64,000 nucleotides of DNA from Candidatus Omnitrophota bacterium (GTDB lineage Bacteria; Omnitrophota; Gorgyraeia; Zapsychrales; Zapsychraceae), in NCBI GenBank assembly GCA_029261065.1, contig JAJDCB010000030.1, positions 48,196 to 112,195 of the forward strand, written 5' to 3'. Below, in pieces: positions 57,806 through 64,000 of this stretch. Both the position numbers and the translations under genes were made by a program. Position 1 is the first letter of the stretch. The number at the start of each line of letters is the position of its first letter. The notes beneath the pieces were generated by a model that worked only from the letters and a program-made list of their open reading frames with translations, did no database searches and had not been told where the DNA came from.

Positions 57806-59668
57806 ATGTCCATCCTCAAAAAAATTCATAATACACTTTATAACATTAAACAATCTCAAGTTTTGTTGTTGTTGTGCGCCATAGGATTGTTATGTTATTT
57901 CAATACCCTTACCTTTCCCTTCGTCCACGATGATGTTGTTTTTATCGTTCAAAATCCTAATATTGATCGTATCGATCTAAAACAAATATTTGATAGAACC
58001 TCCCCTTTAACGCAAGACCATTCGATCGTTAATGATTATTACAGGCCTTTTTTGGAAATTCTTTATCGTCTCCAATACAAGGTGTTTCGATTTCATGCGG
58101 GAGGGTATCATTTTTTAAACATCATTCTTCATGTTTTAAATAGTTTTTTAGTTTTTCTTATTGCGATGTGTTTGGTTAAGGATCGGGAAGAAAAGGACGT
58201 TCGCCAAGATCAAGAAGGGCTTGGGTTTTCTGGGAAGATGTTTGCTTTAGCCGTCTCTGTCTTTTTTCTGACGCATCCTGTTCAAAGTGAGGCTGTTGCT
58301 TGTATATCAGGTATATCCAATCTTATTTTTGTTTTTTTGTTATTGGGAAGTTTTTATTTTTATATTCAGTTTGAAGAAAAGAGAAGGGTTGGTTTATATG
58401 TGGCTTCTTTATTTGCGTTTTTGCTCTCCCTGCTAGCTAAAGAGCAAGCAATCGTCTTGCCATTTTTGATTGTTCTTTATGATTTATGGATATCAAAATA
58501 TTCTAAAAGTTATTTAAAGAAGGTGTTTCAGTGTTTGCCATTTTTTGTTTTGTTGCTTGGTTATTTTCTTGCTAGGGAGCACATCTTAGGATTGTCGATG
58601 GCGAGTGTGTTTGATTTTAAGGGAGAGCTTTGGTTGCGGATATTAGCCATCCCTCAAACCCTGTTAATGTATATTAAGATAATGTTTTATCCCGTTGATT
58701 TGCATTATTATCGCAACACCGATATCTTGCTGCCTTGGGTATTGCCAACAGTTTTTTTAAGTTTATTAATAGGAATTCTTCTTTTTCTTGTTTTAAAATT
58801 AAAGTCTTTTCATCGTCGATACGTTGCTTTTGGTCTTGGGTTCTTTTTTATAACGTTGGCTCCGGTTTTAAACATTGTTCCGTTAGTTAATGAATATTCT
58901 TTCATTTTAACAGCCGAGCATTTTTTGTATTTACCTTTGTTGGGGGTTATAATCAGCGTTTTGGTGGCATTTGATTTCTTGGCAAAAAAATTTAATTGCA
59001 ATAGGCATATACTGTTTCAAATATCCCTGTTTCTTGTCTTGGTTTTTATTGGTATCACTCATAAGCAGGTCACCTATTGGAGGGGAGAAATCCCACTGTT
59101 TGAAAGAACCATCGCTTTTGAGAAAGATTTTGGACGGGGTCATCTTCTTTTGGCTAAAGCATATTTTAGGGCAGGTAGGCTAATTGAAGCGCAAAAAGAA
59201 TATGAACGCGCGTTGGAAATTATGACGCGATATGTTGAAATTTCTTACCATCAGGGTGCTAAAGAAGTCTATCTAGGCTTCATTAAGGAAATACATAGGG
59301 AATTGGCCCAATGTTTGTTTGCTAAAACAGATTACCAAGGTTCCATAGATCATTATTTAAGTCTTTTAAAGATGCAAGAAGGGGATATGAATCTGTATAA
59401 TGGTATTGCGATGAGTTATTGTGGCATTTATGATAGTAAGAATGCTGAATTTTATTTTGAGAAGACATTGCAGTTTGATCAAGGAAACTTGATGATTAGA
59501 AATAATATGGGGGTTTGTTTTATGAAAAGTGGGGCATTTCAAAAGGCATTTAATGTTTTTGATAGTATTCTTAAAATGGATTCTGATTATGCGCCAACAT
59601 TAGAGAATTTAGAGCTACTTAAAGAAACACTGAAATTAAGAGAACACAAAATCAAGGGCTTAGAATGA
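57806..59668 (+). CDS. TMTC-like membrane glycosyltransferase (GT-C TM domain + C-terminal TPR repeats), second copy
   Basis: N-terminal FPFVHDDVVFIVQN (FxxDD) motif as in 37956-39644, about 11 TM helices, and a C-terminal TPR-like region. Confidence 0.55.
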   Translation: MSILKKIHNTLYNIKQSQVLLLLCAIGLLCYFNTLTFPFVHDDVVFIVQNPNIDRIDLKQIFDRTSPLTQDHSIVNDYYRPFLEILYRLQYKVFRFHAGGYHFLNIILHVLNSFLVFLIAMCLVKDREEKDVRQDQEGLGFSGKMFALAVSVFFLTHPVQSEAVACISGISNLIFVFLLLGSFYFYIQFEEKRRVGLYVASLFAFLLSLLAKEQAIVLPFLIVLYDLWISKYSKSYLKKVFQCLPFFVLLLGYFLAREHILGLSMASVFDFKGELWLRILAIPQTLLMYIKIMFYPVDLHYYRNTDILLPWVLPTVFLSLLIGILLFLVLKLKSFHRRYVAFGLGFFFITLAPVLNIVPLVNEYSFILTAEHFLYLPLLGVIISVLVAFDFLAKKFNCNRHILFQISLFLVLVFIGITHKQVTYWRGEIPLFERTIAFEKDFGRGHLLLAKAYFRAGRLIEAQKEYERALEIMTRYVEISYHQGAKEVYLGFIKEIHRELAQCLFAKTDYQGSIDHYLSLLKMQEGDMNLYNGIAMSYCGIYDSKNAEFYFEKTLQFDQGNLMIRNNMGVCFMKSGAFQKAFNVFDSILKMDSDYAPTLENLELLKETLKLREHKIKGLE

Positions 59669-60375
59669 CGACAGTCGAAATAGTATTATTTATTGGAATT
59701 ATTTTTTTCTTAATCCTAATTGTGGTTATATTTTTAATTCCAACGGAGTCTCGTCTTAAAAAGAAAAGACGAAGGGTTGCAAATAAACCGCCGGAGAAAA
59801 GTAAGGATTGGAAAGAGACAGCTTTAAGGTTGGAGCAACATATTCATTCAAAAAGTCAGACAATCGTTACACTTGAACGAGAAGCAAAGGCTCGCAATAA
59901 AGCGTTGTTAATTGAAAAAGCAAAAGTGGATAAGGTGAAAGACAAGTTGAAACAAGAGAGAGGATGGCAGCAAAAAGAGTTGGGTTCTGTAGAGCGGCAA
60001 ACGAAAGAATTGCAGGTTTTGAAAAACGAATTACGGGTGATTCAAGATAATTTGGGTAAGGAACATTCTGCTAACATTCGACTTAGGAAGGAGCTCGAGG
60101 AAGTTAATAAGAAATGTGAAGCCTATAATGCCAAACGAAGAGCAGCCGAGGCAGAAGTATCACAATTTAAAACGCATACAGCAGCTCAAAAGCAGGAGAT
60201 TTCCCATCTTAAGAAGGATGTTGCCGAGTTATCAAAGAAAAAACAAGATACGCAATGGGTTGCCAAAACGGAATATCTCAAGCTTGAACGAGAGTTAAAA
60301 GAAACGGAAAAGAGTCTTCAACGGAAATTAAGAGAAGCAGAGCAGCAGCTTGATAAGATTAAACGTGAATTTTAG
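59665..60375 (+). CDS. membrane-anchored coiled-coil protein
   Basis: N-terminal TM helix then about 200 aa of K/E-rich heptad-like sequence. Confidence 0.35.
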   Translation: MTTVEIVLFIGIIFFLILIVVIFLIPTESRLKKKRRRVANKPPEKSKDWKETALRLEQHIHSKSQTIVTLEREAKARNKALLIEKAKVDKVKDKLKQERGWQQKELGSVERQTKELQVLKNELRVIQDNLGKEHSANIRLRKELEEVNKKCEAYNAKRRAAEAEVSQFKTHTAAQKQEISHLKKDVAELSKKKQDTQWVAKTEYLKLERELKETEKSLQRKLREAEQQLDKIKREF

Positions 60376-60383
60376 TATAAGTT

Positions 60384-61571
60384 ATGTCGTCTAAAAATAT
60401 TTTTGCAAAACGAACAAATTGGCCGTTAGAAATTAATCAGATTAGTGAACGGCTTAGCTATCTTAAGAAAAATAAAATCCCCTATATTGATCTTACCTTA
60501 TCAAATCCAACCCGGTGTGGTTTTGATTATCCTTCCAAAGAAATATTGTCAGCTTTAAGTGATGAAAGGGCAATGGAATATTATCCAGAATCATTTGGAT
60601 TGGATGATGCGCGTAATGCGGTTTGTGATTATTATCGTAAAAAAGGTTTAAAGGTCGATAAGAATCAGATTATTCTAACGTCAAGCACATCAGAGGCGTA
60701 TTCTTATTTATTTCGTTTGTTAGCAAATCCCAATGACCGCGTTCTTTTCCCACAACCAAGTTATCCGTTGTTTGAATTTTTAGTAGATCTGCATGATTTA
60801 CGAATGGGGTATTACACCCTTAACTATGATGGGGCATGGGGGCTGGGTGAAGATTTTTTAAATAATTTTGATAAATCGACACGTGCCTTTATTTTGGTTA
60901 ATCCGAATAACCCAACAGGCTCTTATATAAAGTTTTTAGAGTTAGCTCGAATTAATGATCTTTGTGATGAATACGAGGTGCCTATTATTTGTGACGAAGT
61001 TTTTCATGATTTTCCGTTTAATGAGAAGCTTAAACCAATAAGCATGGTGACAAATAATAAAGTTTTAACCTTTACGTTAGGTGGGTTATCGAAATCTTTG
61101 GGTTTGCCCCAAATGAAATTATCTTGGATTGTGATCAATGGCCCTGTTAACCTGGTTGAGGAAGCTAAAAAGCGTTTGGAGATTATCGCCGATACGTATC
61201 TTTCTGTAAATACACCAGCTCAACTTTCTTTAAGACAATGGTTTACGCTCAAAGATAATATTCAAAGCCAAATAAAGTCGCGCATATTAAACAATTATCA
61301 TTTTGCTCAGCAGCAAGTTAAGTTATTGAAACGTATACAATTGTTGGATGTTGAAGGAGGCTGGTATATTACATTAAAGTTATCCACTTCACGTAATGAG
61401 GATGAATGGGTGTTAAAGTTGCTTAATAATTATCATGTCTATGTTCATCCAGGGTATTTCTTTGATTTTGATCAAGGAAATCATCTCATTGTTAGTTTAT
61501 TGGGACCTCAAGAGGCCTTCCAAGAGGGTTTGACGAGAGTTTTAAGCCGAATTGAGCAAGAAGGCGGATAG
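60384..61571 (+). CDS. PLP-dependent aminotransferase, class I/II fold
   Basis: NPNNPTG, LCDEVF and GLSKSLGLP (PLP-Lys) motifs. Confidence 0.65.
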   Translation: MSSKNIFAKRTNWPLEINQISERLSYLKKNKIPYIDLTLSNPTRCGFDYPSKEILSALSDERAMEYYPESFGLDDARNAVCDYYRKKGLKVDKNQIILTSSTSEAYSYLFRLLANPNDRVLFPQPSYPLFEFLVDLHDLRMGYYTLNYDGAWGLGEDFLNNFDKSTRAFILVNPNNPTGSYIKFLELARINDLCDEYEVPIICDEVFHDFPFNEKLKPISMVTNNKVLTFTLGGLSKSLGLPQMKLSWIVINGPVNLVEEAKKRLEIIADTYLSVNTPAQLSLRQWFTLKDNIQSQIKSRILNNYHFAQQQVKLLKRIQLLDVEGGWYITLKLSTSRNEDEWVLKLLNNYHVYVHPGYFFDFDQGNHLIVSLLGPQEAFQEGLTRVLSRIEQEGG

Positions 61572-61646
61572 CTTTTTAAAGCCCTTTAAATGAAGACAAA
61601 TGATGTTATAATGTGAAAAATATAAAGAGCGTAAGGAGTTACAATT

Positions 61647-62120
61647 ATGAGTGAAAGACCTCAATGGGATGAATATTTTTTAAAGTTGGCCATGTTGGCC
61701 TCAGAGAGGGCAACGTGTCCACGTATGCATTGTGGGTGTGTTTTGGTCAAGGATAAGGAGGTTATTGCCTCTGGATATAATGGTTCTATTCCTGGAGATG
61801 TGCATTGTGAGGATGAGGGGTGTTTGATTGTTGATAATCATTGTGTGAGGACGGTTCATGCAGAGATGAATGCTGTTGTTCAGGCTGCCAAAAGAGGGCA
61901 TGCCGTTAAAGGAGCTACCGCTTATGTGACAAATATGCCGTGTTCAACGTGTGCCAAATCTTTAATTGCGGCGGGTATAAAACGGGTTGTTGTTTTTTCA
62001 GATTATCATGATACGCTAGCTCTTGATTTTTTTAAGACAGCCAACGTTGTGATAGATAAGATAAAAATGCCCTCTACGACTATTTCTTATAACTTAAAAG
62101 ATTATTCTTCAGCGAGGTAA
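61647..62120 (+). CDS. dCMP (deoxycytidylate) deaminase, ComEB-like
   Basis: Zinc motifs HAEMNA and PCSTCAKS. Confidence 0.75.
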   Translation: MSERPQWDEYFLKLAMLASERATCPRMHCGCVLVKDKEVIASGYNGSIPGDVHCEDEGCLIVDNHCVRTVHAEMNAVVQAAKRGHAVKGATAYVTNMPCSTCAKSLIAAGIKRVVVFSDYHDTLALDFFKTANVVIDKIKMPSTTISYNLKDYSSAR

Positions 62121-62124
62121 CCTT

Positions 62125-62520
62125 ATGAGCAAAGCTAAAGTTCTTATAGCAGATGATGAGCCTGAAATTCTCGATGTCATGGTACGTAAAGTGGCTTTGG
62201 AAGGTTACGAGGTTTTTGATGCGAAGGATGGTCAGGAGGCCTGGGAGAAGATTCAAAAAGAAAATCCGGATGTTATCGTTTTAGACATTACAATGCCTCA
62301 CAAAGGTGGGTTAGAGGTTTTAAGGGATCTTCGTAAAAATCCTTCGTCTTTGAAATGGCAACCGGTTATTTTAGTATCAGCTCATCGGGATTTAGAAGAT
62401 TTAAAAAAAGGCTTCGCGCTTGAGGCAGATCATTACATTGGTAAACCTTGTCGCGTGGAAGATATTATAAAGGCTATTAAATTGATGTTAAGTTTAGCTC
62501 CCAAAAGAGATGTTCTCTAA
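62125..62520 (+). CDS. single-domain response regulator (receiver)
   Basis: VLIADDE...VIVLDITMP...ILVSAH...K receiver signature. 131 aa. Confidence 0.65.
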   Translation: MSKAKVLIADDEPEILDVMVRKVALEGYEVFDAKDGQEAWEKIQKENPDVIVLDITMPHKGGLEVLRDLRKNPSSLKWQPVILVSAHRDLEDLKKGFALEADHYIGKPCRVEDIIKAIKLMLSLAPKRDVL

Positions 62521-62609
62521 AATACAAATGATTAGAAGTTTTTCAATAATTAATTTTAGTTTAGTTTAATGGGCCTGAAGTTAATTTTGAATAACTTCTA
62601 GAAGAATAT

Positions 62610-63413
62610 ATGAAGATTATTTTAGTATTTATTTTATTTATAGTCCTTTTTGTTCTTTATGTGCGTTACCTAGAAAATAAAACTCTTTTTTATCCAGCCA
62701 AATTATTATCATCAACTCCAAATGATATTGGTGTCTCCTACGAAGATGTCTTTATAACTACTGAAGATGGCTGTAAGTTACATGGTTGGTTTGTTCCTGC
62801 AGAAGATAGCCGCAGTACATTACTTTTTTTTCATGGCAATGCGGGTAATATTTCTGATAGATTAGGAAAGATTCAACTTTTTCATCGGATGCGTTTAAAT
62901 GTGTTGATTATCGATTATAGAGGTTTTGGACAAAGTAACGGTAAGCCAACAGAATCAGGAATGTACTTAGATGCAAAGGCTGCTTTTGATTATTTGAAAA
63001 ATAGTAAAAAAGATATGCTTGATTCCCTTATTGTTTATGGCGCTTCGTTAGGTGGCGTAGCTGCCATTAATTTGGCATCTCGTGAAGAGATAACAGCGTT
63101 AATTGTAGATTCATCTTTTTCTAATGCCGTTGATATGGCGAAAAGGATTTATCCTTTTATTCCATCATTTTTGGTGACCATAAAGCTGGATAATATTTCA
63201 AAGATAAAAAAAATATCAATACCGAAGCTTTTTATTCATAGTGTTGATGATATGACGATTCCTTATTCTTTGGGCCAAAAATTGTTTGAAGCAGCCAAAG
63301 ATCCAAAAGAGATGCTTACAATTAGTGGGGGGCATAATGATGGTCATATTCATGACGAAGAAAAATACAACTCCGCAATTGAGATATTTTTAGATCAACA
63401 TCAATTACGATAA
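62610..63413 (+). CDS. alpha/beta-hydrolase fold protein
   Basis: FHGNAGN oxyanion region, nucleophile elbow GASLGG, C-terminal D and H (SGGHNDGH). Confidence 0.6.
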   Translation: MKIILVFILFIVLFVLYVRYLENKTLFYPAKLLSSTPNDIGVSYEDVFITTEDGCKLHGWFVPAEDSRSTLLFFHGNAGNISDRLGKIQLFHRMRLNVLIIDYRGFGQSNGKPTESGMYLDAKAAFDYLKNSKKDMLDSLIVYGASLGGVAAINLASREEITALIVDSSFSNAVDMAKRIYPFIPSFLVTIKLDNISKIKKISIPKLFIHSVDDMTIPYSLGQKLFEAAKDPKEMLTISGGHNDGHIHDEEKYNSAIEIFLDQHQLR

Positions 63414-63431
63414 CAAAGGTAGTCGTTTACA

Positions 63432-64000
63432 ATGACAGAAAATATTACAAGTTTACAAAATCCTCGGATTAAACAATTGGTTAAATTGCGTGATCGTAAG
63501 ACACGCGATAAAACAGGTTATACTCTAATTGACGGATTGCGCGAATTAATGCTAGCCGTTAGTTCAAAGCAAGAGATAAAGGAAATATTTATTTGTTCGC
63601 CTTTGTTAGATGAAAAAAGTTATCGTATTATAAAAAAGCAGAAAGTATCCGTTTTCGAAGTTCCAAAAAAAGTATTTGATAAAATTAGTTACGGAGATCG
63701 TCAAGAAGGGCTTCTTGCTGTTTGTCAGCCAAAGCAATCTTCTATTACTAATTTAACATTGCCCAAAAATCCACTTTGTGTTGTTATCGAACATCTTGAG
63801 AAACCAGGAAATCTAGGAGCCATTTTAAGAACGTGTGATGGAGCTGGTGTTGATGCAGTGTTTGCTTGTGAATCTTTAACAGATCTTTATAACCCTAATG
63901 TGATTCGAGCAAGTTTGGGAACAGTTTTTTCTGTTAACACAGTTGTTTGTACGAATGAAGAGGCGTATGGCTATTTTCAAGATCACAACATTACAAGTTG
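63432..64000 (+). CDS. SpoU/TrmH-family RNA methyltransferase (partial, runs off window end)
   Basis: ATG at 63432. N-terminal substrate-binding domain, then HLEKPGNLGAILRTCDGAGVDAVF SPOUT motif. No stop before 64000. Confidence 0.6.
   Translation, partial: MTENITSLQNPRIKQLVKLRDRKTRDKTGYTLIDGLRELMLAVSSKQEIKEIFICSPLLDEKSYRIIKKQKVSVFEVPKKVFDKISYGDRQEGLLAVCQPKQSSITNLTLPKNPLCVVIEHLEKPGNLGAILRTCDGAGVDAVFACESLTDLYNPNVIRASLGTVFSVNTVVCTNEEAYGYFQDHNITS

Noticed and set aside
1-64000. CRISPR array or cas genes
   Set aside because: No regularly spaced direct repeats with unique spacers were seen. The only repeat clusters (22908-23020, 44276-44372) are palindromic units in mixed orientation without spacer periodicity.

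Overview
The window is AT-rich bacterial chromosome, densely coding on both strands; lineage cannot be assigned from sequence alone. There are three blocks. (1) 1-4.5 kb is core: a NapH/NapG-like ferredoxin pair, a MOSC protein and a membrane protein. (2) An accessory region starts at an intact tRNA-His (4594-4671) whose 3' end overlaps the stop of a large serine recombinase. It continues with an AlpA/Xis-like HTH gene, a PrimPol+P4/D5-helicase replication protein, and about 7 kb of unknown cargo genes that are mostly secreted, lipoprotein or membrane proteins, including one PEP-CTERM protein. An IS481-family element with recognisable terminal inverted repeats sits at 16892-18159. (3) The rest is core with a strong cell-envelope flavour: trxA-panD-def-lipA, an Mla-type ABC transporter, MscS, YggT, YbaB, GreA. 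It also holds an unusual glycosylation super-locus at about 34.2-47.4 kb, with two tandem duplicated modules each pairing a GT-C-like membrane protein with a small anchored partner, two TMTC-like TPR GT-C proteins, a membrane-domain::uridine-kinase-like fusion, a HAD phosphatase, a tandem double NTP-transferase, a Dpm1-like GT2 and a GDPD-like protein. Further right are two-component and phosphorelay genes, a Gfo/Idh/MocA + hexapeptide acetyltransferase + GT2 trio, SpoU methyltransferases, an M48 peptidase and dCMP deaminase. A family of short palindromic repeats (ATyCCC-N8-GGGrAT type, dRS3-like in form) occurs at five loci and is fused in-frame onto several gene ends. A separate 36-bp hairpin-containing direct repeat occurs twice in the island cargo. 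No CRISPR array or rRNA was seen.
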